Below are positions 42,759-55,225 of a stretch of 64,000 nucleotides of DNA, piece after piece. The translations under genes and the position numbers were made by a program. The notes beneath the pieces are model-generated. The model was given only the letters and a program-made list of their open reading frames with translations. It did no database searches and was not told the DNA's origin. Where the stretch lies: NCBI RefSeq assembly GCF_009914755.1, contig NC_060930.1. One strand, 5' to 3'. The first letter of the stretch is position 1. Every line of letters starts with the position of its first letter. This stretch comes from the human T2T-CHM13v2.0 reference genome, Homo sapiens.

Positions 42759-45700
42759 GACACATGTCTGGTTCACCAGATTCCTATCTCAGGGGACATC
42801 ACGTAACCAGTCTCATTAACTTATTTTCCTTAATCACCTAGATGGCTAATTATCTATACTTGACAATACATTTAAGCTGACCTTGAACACATAGCATACT
42901 TGCAGCTTCAGACAAAGGGACTAATTGTATAAGAGGAATCAGCAAAATATTTTTAAGGTCAAGAACTAATCTCTGTTCACCAGTTAAAAATTTCTTAACA
43001 TAACCCTAGTTACTCAAACGAGGGATAAAGAAAAAGCCATTCATTCTACTTTCAATGAGAATATTGTCAATATTGTCAACAGGAATATGGGCAACATTTT
43101 CATTTTAATCTAGGTTTTTCTATTTCTTACAGATTAATTGTCCTTTAGTCTTGGTATATACACAAGTGACTTGTGTGGGAATCTCTTGTCTTACAGCCTT
43201 CTAATATTGCATGGGTATACTGCAGTCCCCTCAGTAACAACTAATACAATCGTTCAAATGATGATTCTATATTTGAAATGGAAAGTTCAACTCTTATATT
43301 ATGGAGAAGATATTTTCAGCATCTCAGAGGATGGCAAATGTTTTGGCACTGTAAAGCAAAATCCACCTCACTCACTCCCATATAATTGCTTAGTGTAACC
43401 TATTATGAAAAGAAAATGTATAAGCTCATAAATACTTTGGAAATTCATTGTGAAAAGTGGTTCAGTGAATCTTGAGAGACCCCTATTGACTTTTTTAGGT
43501 ATTATGAGAAATTCACCAGTGTTTAAGATACGCTGTCTGCATTCCCTTGTGCTTGCGAGCATTTGGGTAAGTTAAGGGTGCTTGCAATTGGGGTAATGTC
43601 TTACTTATCTTTGTTTCCCAGAGCCTACTACATAGCCCATTACCATTAGAAATTCAGTAACATTCATTTAATAAAATTAAATTATGTTGGTTAGAAGTGA
43701 ATTACTTACAATTAAGAGGCTCCACATTGAGGCTAGGTTCAATGTACGAGAATTTATAGAAAAGAAACGGAGACTTTTCACAGTTCCAACAGCAGAAATA
43801 GAGTGGGCTGTCAGGTTCAACTGAAACCTGGGAACCGAATGCTGCCAAGGTTCTTCCTCCATCTCTCTTCTTGTCACATTTCTTTCATTTATACACTCTC
43901 TGTCCATTTCTCTAGTTCATACAAAAGAATACATGACTGCTAGCAGAAACCAAGTTTTAAATGCTGCAGTTTTTCACCATGTATAGAAAGCCTGCTTTGA
44001 TTAGTCCCCAGTCCAGATTCTTTATTGGGTTTTAAGCAGAGGAGACAGCTGCAAGTCTTAGAAGAAAACAATAAACAGATATTTCCATTAGAGTCTACAA
44101 TATAAACGAGAGAATGAATAAATGAAGGAATGAACAAACACATTAATAGTTTTCTGGCACCAGAATATTAAAAGAGCACTGAGAAGACAAGAGTATATGA
44201 AAGGACTAATTTATAAATTACTCTGCTGATTCTGTAAGTCAGATGACCGTGAGGTGTTAATATATTCAATTAATATGACAAATATATATTTTCAATATGG
44301 TAAAAAAAAGGTTGTTAGCAAGGGAAAATGAAAGAAAGATTAAATAAACCAAAATCCCATTCATAAATAGAAATATTTTATGATGAAGCTGGATTTTATA
44401 AAAATCCTTAAAGTGTGAACATGACTTTTGCCTTTTAAAAACTAAGTGACAATTCAAAATTTATATAAAATATGAGTAAGTTTGAATACAATATTGGAAT
44501 ACTGGAAAACAGAGCAAAAAATGTCTTTAAAAGGTTCAAAAATTGATTTTTTAAAATTTGTTGTTGTTGTTTTGGGGCATCTGGTAAATTTACTTTTGTT
44601 TCAGATGCATTGTCACTGTTTTCCCAAAAGCAGACTTAGCCAGATTGGATATGGATTTAATGTTTTTGTTTTTGTTTTTGTTTTCGTTTTTCACAGGATT
44701 CTTTCCTCTGTCACAAAACTTTGAAGCATACATTCTGGAGGTTTTATGAAGAATTAAAATAATATTTAAACACCATCCTATACTCTTGCCACATAGTAGT
44801 TTCTCAGTAAATATTTGTTAAAGGCATAACTCTCCTCTGCTTATTTTTTTTAATTCTCTGGCAGCAGATAGCACAGTTTTTGGACAATTTCTGAAGTGGA
44901 TGAAGTGGATGACTAGTGAAGTTTAAAGAATGGAGAATGAGAGGAATTATATGATTTTAGAATTTCTCTGTTAAAATTCTTAACGGTTATGTGGGAGATA
45001 TTTGGTTTGTACTTTAGATAAAATTAGGTGTTCTGGGAAGTGTTGGCCTCATAGAATTGAGATCTTCCAAGCTTGAATGTTTCTAGAGCAATTTAGTGAC
45101 TCACTGACATTCTTGTGCACCACCGGGAACTAACAAATGTTCAAGTCATAGAATTGTGTTAACAGAGAAGAAATCATCAGAAAATTTCAGAAAATAGTTC
45201 AGTTTTTCAAAATATCAGATAGCGTGATAATATTCAGGAGTTTCTAGAAAAGTATGTAAATATAAATAATATATATATATATATATATGTAGATACACCT
45301 AAGATAGTGAAATAACTACTGGGAAACTTCCAAACACCAATGTGCAAACTCATCCTAATGAAATGTAAATGATATTCTGTCAGATTGACAAGAAGACTAC
45401 CATCCCTTAGTCTGCTTTCCCCATTGTCCCTGTATATTCCTAGAGTTGAAGGTGACAGGTTGAAAATAACATCCCCACTGCCTCTTCATGTCTCTTGGAG
45501 TTCTTGTTTGGAACTTTTATTTCTCTTCCTCATCTTCCACACAATGGTCCTTTCAACCAAATAATCTCTCATTTATCCTAGTAAAATCCTGGATTATGAT
45601 TTGCATTTTTCTTGTTTTTACTGAATACTAGGATTCAGGTATTACAAATCTTCCTAGTTTATCCTGTATAGTGGAAGTATTGTTAATAAAAGGCATGATG

Positions 45701-47907
45701 TGTTTATGTAGAGATAGATTTCATTCTGTTTCCTTTCTCAATTTCATCTAGAAACTGCACGTTTAATCACCCTTTTCTGACCAAAACTTACATTTACGTG
45801 GTTCTACCAACACAATTCAATGCAGGAATTAGGTTTAAAGAGCCTACATTATAAATTTCAGTTCTCAGTTTCCAAATCCCATGAACCATCCAAATAAACT
45901 TTAGATGATTTGTTGAACTATTCTCTTTCAGCATTTATTTAAAATACACAATAACTGTTGTGCTATACTTGATTGATGGCCAATTATATGTTCTAAATTA
46001 TAAATCTGGCGTAGTTATCGAGCAGTTGATTTTACTTATAAAATGGAGTATATTTTTTTTATTTTGTTCAACGCTTTCTAGGGGGTTTACGTTTGAGTTA
46101 TATTATCCAATTGCACATTACTACTGAGAATACTACTAGCCTGTTAAATTCCTATTAAGCAATCAAAGATGAACTTGCTATTGAAACTCATCTTAAACTT
46201 TGAGTTTCAACAGACATTACTAATTATTCTTTTCAATTTTGCAGTCTCTAAATATGTCATTGATTTATTTTTATTCAAAGGGGATTTTGAACTATTTTCA
46301 TTCCACTCACCATGTCCATTCAATACCTACAATATTGTAATGATAATTTAATAGGCCTAGGATATTATTTTTACTTACACTGCTTTTCTATCTAAGCATA
46401 AGAATTCAGAGACTTGATTTATTTCATACTATATTTTAAGCGCTTTAATAAGTCAGCCTTATTTAATTTTTTTACTTCATTTAGAACTAATCTCAAATAA
46501 ATTAGACCAACATTAAAACATTCGTACTGTATGTTAGGAGTCAGGAAAGGTGTTATTTAAGAGCAACAGTACCTCTTATGCTGATAACAAAAGAAAAGCC
46601 AGATGATATTCTCAAATAATTTAATTAAAGATTTCAAATTTAGGATTAAGTGAAAATTTCCTAAGATATCTTCTGTATCCTTGAATGTATCTATTATTGG
46701 TTTTATATGTCATCTAAATATCAAAATTACAGCTAAGCTAGTGAATCTATAAAGTCATACAACTTACTCAATTAGACACTTTAATATGTAAAATGTCATA
46801 CCAAAATAGTTTCTAATATTCTTACTCTTTATTCAACTGTAATTCCTGAAAAACTAATTTCTAATGTAAAAAAAGTTTCAATTTAATAAACTTATGGTGT
46901 AGAATTGGCTTCTGAGCTAGTTTTTGTAGTTCGAGTCTAGCCTGTTTCAGTTTTTATATAGTCTACTTACATGTTTTAATCAAAATATTTCACAATGGGC
47001 AGTATGAAAAGAAGAGCATTAAAAAAGTGTATTTATTTGGATACAGCTGAAAATAAAGAAGAGGAAATGGGACCAATTGCCTCACTCCCTAATATTTTAC
47101 TTCTGGACCCAACAGATGAAATTTCCTAAATACTTGTATTTCTCAGACTGAGTGTTGCTAACCTACCTTGGGCTAGCTCTTTTCTAGAACCCTGAGAGGT
47201 CACAGGAAAGTCATTGTACATACGATAAGATGTGGGTTAGGGACTTGGGTACATTTTACTCATGTTTTCAAGTACAGGTCTTTCCACACAAAAATTAAAA
47301 CACACACACAATGACAACAACAAAAAACTTCTATTAAACAACATTAGGTGAAAATAACGACAATGACAATGTAAACAGTACATACCAGAATCCATGGGAT
47401 ATATTTAAAGTGGTGATTAAAGAAAAACTTATAATACTAAATACTTTTGTCAGTAAAAATAAAATAACTGAAATAAATGAATTTATTTCCCATTTCAAAA
47501 AACTAAAAAATGAACAGCAGAGTAACAAAGTAGCCAAAAGAAAACATAAGGAAATAATAAAGGAAAAAAAGAAAATAATGAGGCAGAGTATGTAATAATA
47601 GTACATCCAGAAAATAAATCAAAAATATGGATTTTTTGAAAAAATTAAAAACGTAGATACCACTACCTAAATTGATCAACAGAAACAAAAGAAATCATAA
47701 GAAACAAGAAATGTCAACGGAAAAATAAACAAGAAAAAATTGTTAATCAGAAAAGAATAACTTACCGACATCTACGCAAATACATTTTAAAACTTGGATA
47801 AAATAGATAATTTTCTAGGGAAATGCCAACTACTACAATTCACCTCATTAGAATTAGAAATCTTTAAAAGACCAATCTCCAAACAATTAATACAGTTATT
47901 AAGAAAC

Positions 47908-48363
47908 TGTATAAGTTTTCCAAGGCTGCTGTCAGAAATTTTCACAAACTTGATAATTTCAAACAAAAATTTTTTATCTCACTCTGTAGACATAAATCTA
48001 CTATCAAAGGTTGGCAAGGCCACACTCCTTTTGAAGTTTCTAGGCAAGAATCCTTCCTTGCTTCTTCTAGCTTCTGGAGGCTCTGGGCAGTCCTTGGGTT
48101 GTGGTAGCGTAACTTTAATCTTTACCTGCATCTTCACATGGCCTTCTTCTCTGTCTGTGTTTTCTATCATTTTCTGTCTCTTATAAGGACACCTGCCATT
48201 GGATTTAGGGCCCACTCTAATCCAAGATCCTGTCTTAAGATCCTTACCTTAATCATATCTGCAAAGACCCAAAGACTCTTTTTACAAATAAGGTCATCTT
48301 CATAGATTCTAGAAATTAGGACTTGAACATATCCTTTTGGGGGTCACTATTCAATTGACAACA
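47908..48363 (-). mobile_element. MaLR solo LTR (MLT1C-like)
   Basis: aatccttccttgcttcttctagcttctgg; cttataaggacacc...attggatttagggcccac; TSD gaaac/ggaac. Confidence 0.85.
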
Positions 48364-48372
48364 GGAACTACA

Positions 48373-48373
<1 letters not shown>

Positions 48374-48424
<51 letters not shown>
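48374..48424. repeat. (AC)n microsatellite
   Basis: About 25 uninterrupted AC units. Confidence 0.97.
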
Positions 48425-48429
<5 letters not shown>

Positions 48430-50699
48430 CCTTAAATGGTTTTAGAGGATAATTCTGCCAAACCATCAAATACCAGAAATGTCCAATGCTCTATAAGTTA
48501 TTCCAGAGAAAAGGAAGGGAAAATTTCAAAGTCCTTTTATGAAACAAATTTTACACTGACACCTAAACCTGATAAAGACTGAAAAAGAAAATTACAGGCC
48601 AATATCTCTCATATAGTCATATGTAAAAAATACTAAGTAAAACACTAGCAAACATAATCCAAAACCAGATATTGAAAATAGTACACAATGACAAAGTAGA
48701 TTTATTCTAAGAATGCAAGGTGGTCCAATATTAGAAAATCCATTAATATCATACACCACATTAATAAATCTATGGAAAAAATCATATGACTGTCACCACA
48801 GAGGCTAAGAAAGTCTTTGACAAAATCCAATGCCCATTAATGATAAAAAATAAAATTCAAAAGCAGGAATTGAGCAATATTTCTTAATATTGTAAAATGT
48901 GTACATCTTAGTTTTAAAGCTAGTGTCTGGTTTAGTAGAGAAACATAGAAGATGTTTCCCCAATATCAGTAACAAGGCAAATATGCCTACAAATATGCCT
49001 ACTCTCTCCACTACTATTCTACATTGTAACAGAGATATTAGCTAATGCAATTAGACAAAAGAAATAGAGGCATATGATGGGTTTAGAAAGAAGTAAAACT
49101 ATTTGCAGATGAGATAAGAGTATACCTAGAAAATCTAAGAATCAAGCATAAAACTAACTCAAAACAAAAATAATTAATTGAGGTAACAGGATATAAAATT
49201 GATGTAAAAATTAAATAAATAATAACCAAGTTGAGCTATACAGGTAGAGAAACTTTCATTTGTAATAGCAACAGAGAATATCAAATACTTAGAAAACACT
49301 TAAGAAATTGCAAAACCTGAAAGAAGAAAATTTAACGTGCCGAAAGGACACAAAGTAAGATTTGTACAAATGGGATATAATTCCCTATTCTTAGATAGGA
49401 AAATGAAGCATTATAAAGATGTTAATTCTCCTTTTATTAATTTATAAATGTAATGCAATGGCAATAAAAATACTAATAAGCATATTACGGGGTTAGAGAT
49501 GTTAATACTAAAATTTATAGAGAAAAATAGCATGCAGAAATATTCATGAAAACGTGGACAAAGAACTATGAGTGGGGACTAGGAGACTGCCCAATCAAAT
49601 AATAAAACATAATATAGAGTCTCTATAATTAAAACAGCATAGTACCTAGTATTGGCTCATGAAGAAAAATAGACCAGTGAAACACCATAGAAAGCCCAAA
49701 CTAGACCCAAATACATATGGAAGCTTAGAAGATGATGAAGATGGCATCTTAAATCACCAGCAAAAATATGAACATTTTAATAAATTGTGCAGGGACAATT
49801 TGGCAGTCATTTAGAAAAAGGGAAAAATACATCCATACTTTGCACCACACATAAGAATAAACTCCAAATGGATTAGCAATCTAAATATAAAAATTGAAAT
49901 AACACAAATACTATAAGAAAATATGGAAGAGTTCCTCTTTAACCTCAAGGTAATAAAAGGTTATCCAACCTTAACTCCAAATTCAGAGATAATAAAAGAA
50001 AAGATTGATAAATTTGACTGTATAAAAATTTTAAAAGAAAATACATGTTTTCATGGTAAAGAACACAATAAATAAATTCGAAAAGCAATGAACAAACTGG
50101 TAGAAAATATTTGCAACTTATACCACAAACAAAGGGATAAAATCCCCAATATATAAAGAACTCTTAGTAATTGAGGTTTCCTGTGCTACGCACCTTAAGT
50201 TTAAACTCAGTTATAATTAGAGAAATGTAGATTTAAAAAACACTGAGATACCATTTTTAAAGGGCAAAGTTTTAAAAATATGAGGACACGTCCTGTTGGC
50301 AAGGCTATGGAGTAAACAGGCACATTCATACATTGCTGGGGTAATACATCTCTGAACTCTTTTTGCAAATTTTCTGAGGCTAAAGATATTTTCAAATAAT
50401 AATTGAAAAAAATTAACAATAAAACCTCAAAATTTCTATAAGAAGTACAGGGTGACCTAAGCTGAAAAAATAGATTACATAGAAATAATTATTTTGTCAT
50501 TAAGCCGAAAAAGAGATAACATATGTGAAACTGCACTGAAAAATCATAAAGTGTTATATAAATACAAGATATTTTGTAGAAATTCTGAGACAGAAGCTTA
50601 AAGGAGAGATAGACACTGTCAATGATATGAGAGATCTACAAATCCAACTTTGGGATGGGTAGTAAACCTTTAGTATAATTATTTTGGGAGCTAGTTAAT

Positions 50700-51440
50700 T
50701 TGCTATTGTCTTTTACCAAAATTCAAACCTTCTGTATTCTACTCTGTTATGTTGTAGCTAAAACTCTGCCAACTACTTTTCCCACACTCCCTTGCCAGTT
50801 AGCTTCCTGTTAAGATCTTCCAATGGTAGGCAATGGGGGAAAACTGGAAGGCTCTGAGGAAGGGAGAAAGGTCTGTCTTCCTGTTCTCCACTTCCTGCCA
50901 GCATTGCCTCTGTAGCTGCGGACTTGTCCCATTCCCTGTTTCCTGCCACAATCCTAGCACCAGCTTCACCACACCCCCTCAGAGACACCAGCAGTAACCA
51001 GCAGCACTACTTTGGCAGTCCAAGAATCAGCTAAGCCATATGCCCACCAACTGAGTCTTAGCCTGGGACCATCCAAGCACCCACTTGTAAACTGTCTCAG
51101 CATTCTCAGTCCCACCAGGTCTCAACCCCTTCAGAAAGAGGTCTGACACCCACCAGGACCCCTACCCCCTCAACACACCTTCTTCAGAATCCCATTGCAA
51201 ATTGAATAGAGCTCCCCTCAGAGCTCCAAAGCACCAGCTTCACAGAGTCCTTTAGGCAAACTCATCATTTCTGTAACCTGCCTCTTCCCTGTTTTATCCT
51301 AGCTTCTTCTTGTAGTCATTCAACTTAAATACCTTAGTATTGCCTTTACATTCTTTAAGCATTCCTACACCTATGTCACCAATTCCCATAATCTATTCTG
51401 AAATTCCTAGAGAGGTTTCTGCTTTCTGATATCTGATAAA
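50700..51440 (+). mobile_element. ERVL-class LTR (LTR33/LTR41-like)
   Basis: aactacttttcccacactcccttgccag...ccaatggtaggca...gaggaagggagaa; end gaaattcctagagaggtttctg. Confidence 0.55.
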
Positions 51441-51728
51441 CTGTTTTAGAAGGCATTTCTGGATTTTGGGTGGAATTTTGTTTACATTCTATTTATTTAT
51501 TAATTTAACATTTATTAGGCAAATACTTGGTTACTGTGACAAACAATAAATATCTAAAGATAAAAAGGCATAGTTCCTGCCTTCAAATGTCACAATAAGT
51601 GGAGGAGGTATTTAAAGGAGCAACTACCAAGGGGATGAGCTCTATTACAGAGGAATACTGTGCTGTGAGTGCACATGATGCACGGTGTGCAAGAGAAGGC
51701 TTTCCTCAGGCCTGACATGAGAGCCTTG

Positions 51729-53433
51729 TGAGAGGTGACAACGTGCTGGCAGCCCTCACTCACTCTCAGTGCCTCCTCGGCCTTGGCATCTGCTCCGGCC
51801 ACGCTTGAGGAGCCCTTCAGCCTGCCGCTGCACTGTGGGATCCCCTCTCTGGGCTGGCCGAGGCTGGAGCCAGCTCTCTCTGCTTGTGGGGAGGTGTGGA
51901 GGGAGAGGTGCGAGTGGGAACTGGGGCTACACACAGCACTCACAGGCCAGTGCGAGTTCCGGGTGGGCATGGGCCCAGCAGGCCCCGCACTCTGAACAGC
52001 TTGCTGGTACCACCTGCCCTGGGCAGTGAGGGTCTTAGAACCTGGTCCAGCAGCTGTGGAGGGGGTGCCAGGTCCCCCAGCACTGCTGGCCCACCCGCGC
52101 CGCGCTCAAATTCTCAGTGGGCCTCAGCCGCCTCCCTGCGGGGCAGGGCACGGGACCTGCAGCCCACCATGCCTGAGCTCCCCCCTGCAGTGGGCTCCTG
52201 CGCAGCCTGAGCCTCCCCGACAGGCACTGACCCCTGCTCCACAGCACCCAGTCCCATTGACTGCCCAAGGACTGAGGAGGGCAGGCACGTGGCGTGGGAC
52301 TGGCGGGCAGCTCCACCCACGGCCCTGGCATGGGATCCACTAGGCGAAGCCAGCTGGGCTCCTGAGTTGGGTGGGAACTCGGAGAACTTTTATGTCTAAC
52401 TAAAGGATTGTAAACACACCAGTCAGCACTCTGTGTCTAGCTCAAGTTTCTTAAACACACCAATCAGCACTCTGTGTCTAGCTCAAGGTTTGTAAACGCA
52501 CCAATCACTGCTCTGTGTCTAGCTAATCTAGTGCGGACTTAGAGAACTTTTATGTCTAGCTAAAGAATTGTAAACACACCAATCAGTACTCTGTGTCTAG
52601 CTCAAGGTGTGGCTCAAGGTTTGTAAACGCACCAATCAGCACCCTGTATCTAGCTCAAGGTTTGTAAACGCACCAATCAGTTCTCTGTGTCTAGTTAATC
52701 TGGTGAGGACTTGGAGAACTTTTATGTATAGCTAGAGGATTGTAAATGCACCAATCAGCACTCTGTGTCTAGCTCAGTGATTGTAAATACACCAATCAGC
52801 ACTCTGTGTCTAGCTCAGGGATTGTAAATGCACCAATCAGCACCCTGTCAAAATGGACCAATCAGCTCTCTGTAAAATGGACCAATCAGCTCTCTGTAAA
52901 ATGGACCAATCAGTTCTCTGTAAAATGGACCAATCAGCAGGATGTGGGTGGGGTCAGATAAGGGAATAAAAGCAGGCTGCCTGAGCCAGCAGCAGCAACC
53001 TACTCCGTTTGGCTTCCACACTGTGGAAACTTTGTTCTTTTGCTGTTTGCAATAAATCTTGGTGCTGCTCACTCTTTCGGTCTGCACTGCCTTTATGAGC
53101 TATAACACTCACTGCGAAGGTCTGCAGCTTCACTCATGAGGCCAGGGAAATCACAAACCTACCAAGAGGAATGAACAATTCCAGACAGCAGTAACGAACA
53201 CTCCAGATGCACCGCCTTAAGAGCTGTAACATTCACTGCGAAGGTCTGCCGCTTCGCTCCTGAAGCCAGAGAGACCACGAACCCACCAGAAGGAAGAAAC
53301 TGTGAACACATCCGAACATCAGAAGGAACAAACTCCGGACACACTATCTTTAAGAACTGTAACACTCACCATGAGGGTCTGTGGCTTCATCCTTGAAGTG
53401 GGTGAGACGAAGAACCCACCAATTCTGGACACA
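51729..53433 (+). mobile_element. Solo LTR12 (ERV9 LTR; LTR12D/E-like), inserted in an L2 relic
   Basis: Starts TGAGAGGTGACA, ends CCAATTCTGGACACA; 4-bp TSD CTTG (51725-51728, 53434-53437); U3 CCAAT repeats; U5 gtaacactcac repeats. Confidence 0.97.
52381..52975 (+). promoter_or_regulatory. LTR12 U3 enhancer/promoter: 12 CCAAT (NF-Y) boxes, GT box, GATA site, TATA-like AATAAAA
   Basis: 12 CCAAT counted between 52460 and 52934; gtgggtgggg, agataa and aataaaa at ~52944-52971; second AATAAA at 53051. Confidence 0.8.
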
Positions 53434-53789
53434 CTTGCACGTCACTCAGAAGTCTGAAGGAGGGAGAGGCAGGTTGTCAGAATGTCTGAAGAACATCATA
53501 GATTCAAACAATGTTGAATAAGGCGTGTGATATAGCATAGGGGAGTGACAAGCTGAAGCTGAACAAGGAGACAACTATGGTCATGAAAGGCATTTCACGA
53601 TATGCCCATTAATACGAAATTCTTCCTGAAGCATTGGAGAACCACTGAAGGCTTTTAAAAAGCTACCCCTTTTTATTATTATTAAAATAGTATTTTTGCA
53701 TTATTTTTAATGAAAAGATTAATTAGCCCTTTGACTTACCTTCCAGAAACAAGTTGATTAATGTACAAATTTATAGAAAACAGTAATAC

Positions 53790-54020
53790 AGATCTTAGTG
53801 TATGCCAAATGCTGTTCAAAGTAAGTTATATTTATTAACCCATTTAATCTTCACAGCAGCCCTATTACGTAGTTATGATTATAGTTTTCATTTAACAAAG
53901 AGAAAACGGAAGCTCAGAAAGACTAACTGGCACGGGGTCCTAGAGCTTGTTAAAGTGGTGGAGTTAGGCTTTCAACCTAGCAATTATGGCTCCATGACCT
54001 ATATTCTTAACAACTTGGCT
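53790..54020 (-). mobile_element. MIR SINE
   Basis: catttaatcttcacagcagcccta...gagaaaacggaagctcagaaag. Confidence 0.6.
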
Positions 54021-55210
54021 ACAGTGCTTCATATATCTACATATGTTGTATGCATGTGTGGGAAAATGACCTATGCTGTTGAAAACTATGCTACAGTGCT
54101 ACATATATTTACATGTGTTTGTATGTGTGTAAAAAAATGAAACAAATATTCTAATACAAATTACATACTCTACATTTTATTCTGCACCCTTTCCTTCCAA
54201 TTAGTCATATACCTTGAAGATATTTTCTTAACAACACAACTTGATTTTTAGGGACTGCAAAGTATTCCATTATGTGAACATTCCAAACTGGAAGGAGATA
54301 TTTGTATATTTCTATAGTGATAAATGTTTAGGTTATTTACAGGTTTGGGTCTTTGAAATAATGCTGCAACAAAACCAGTACCAGTGGAATTGTTCAAAGG
54401 AAACATTTCTAATATTGAAAAATAACACAAAAGTGCTCATCATAAATAAAAATGTTTAATAGCTTTACCATCACGAGAGTGTCTATTACCTGCACATTCT
54501 TGGCGACGTCAAGTTTTCATCAAATTTTGTTTTTAAATGTTTTGCCCATCTGACGAGTAAAAAGTGAACCCTGTAGCATTTTTTAAATAGCTCGATGTGA
54601 TGAAAACGGGGTTTTGGAAAGCTCATGCTGAGACAATATGGAGTTTAGCTTGGTCACACCAAGACTCAATGCAGAAGAGATGGAGAGGAGACAATTACAA
54701 TAGACTGTGTAACAGATGAAGACAGCTTAACTGGGGCAGTGCCTGGAATGTATTAGGGGAAATAGATATGATAGAGGCACTATCAAAAAGTCCAGCTGTT
54801 GAGGAGGTACAGCAATAGACCTTTGTTCCTGATACTTAATATTGTGTTAAGGGTGGGCGAGACGGAGGAAGGATTCAAGAATACCTCCTAGGTTTATGAG
54901 TTGGGAAGCCAGGATGATTGCAATGAAAATAACTGTCCTAGAAAACACAGAAAAAAGCAAAGATTTGGGAGCATGCCAGATAAAACGGGAATGATTTTAA
55001 AGGTCGTGTACAAATCTAAGATGCTATAGTTTATTTATGGAAACTACCTTCATCTGTGGCAGAGGCTATTTCAAAATACTCACATCTATTTAATGTCACT
55101 TAATGAATCACGGAATTTTGCAGTGCTATGAAATCCCTTAAATCAAACTAACTAGCACACTTATGAAACCAGAGTACTATCTTACTATGCCAGAGTATTC
55201 TTTTCGTATT

Positions 55211-55225
55211 CTGCCATCTAGTGAA
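55211..55225 (-). promoter_or_regulatory. CTCF-like motif
   Basis: Minus strand TTCACTAGATGGCAG versus the common CCACTAGATGGCAG-type core; motif only, no occupancy evidence. Confidence 0.35.

Larger units (their letters stand above)
47300..50370 (+). mobile_element. Old L1M ORF2 fragment (~3 kb), interrupted by MLT1C and (AC)n
   Basis: Degenerate ORF2/RT sequence (tttgcagatga at ~49102 resembling FADD; gaaaattacaggccaatatctct; ttagctaatgcaattagacaa). Confidence 0.8.

Noticed and set aside
52381-52940. Regularly spaced repeats resembling a CRISPR array
   Set aside because: No unique spacers, no cas genes, eukaryotic context; these are LTR12 U3 repeats
51590-53365. Multiple 68-126 aa ORFs, including repeated IGPFYREL
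   Set aside because: Translations of GC-rich and tandemly repeated LTR12 sequence
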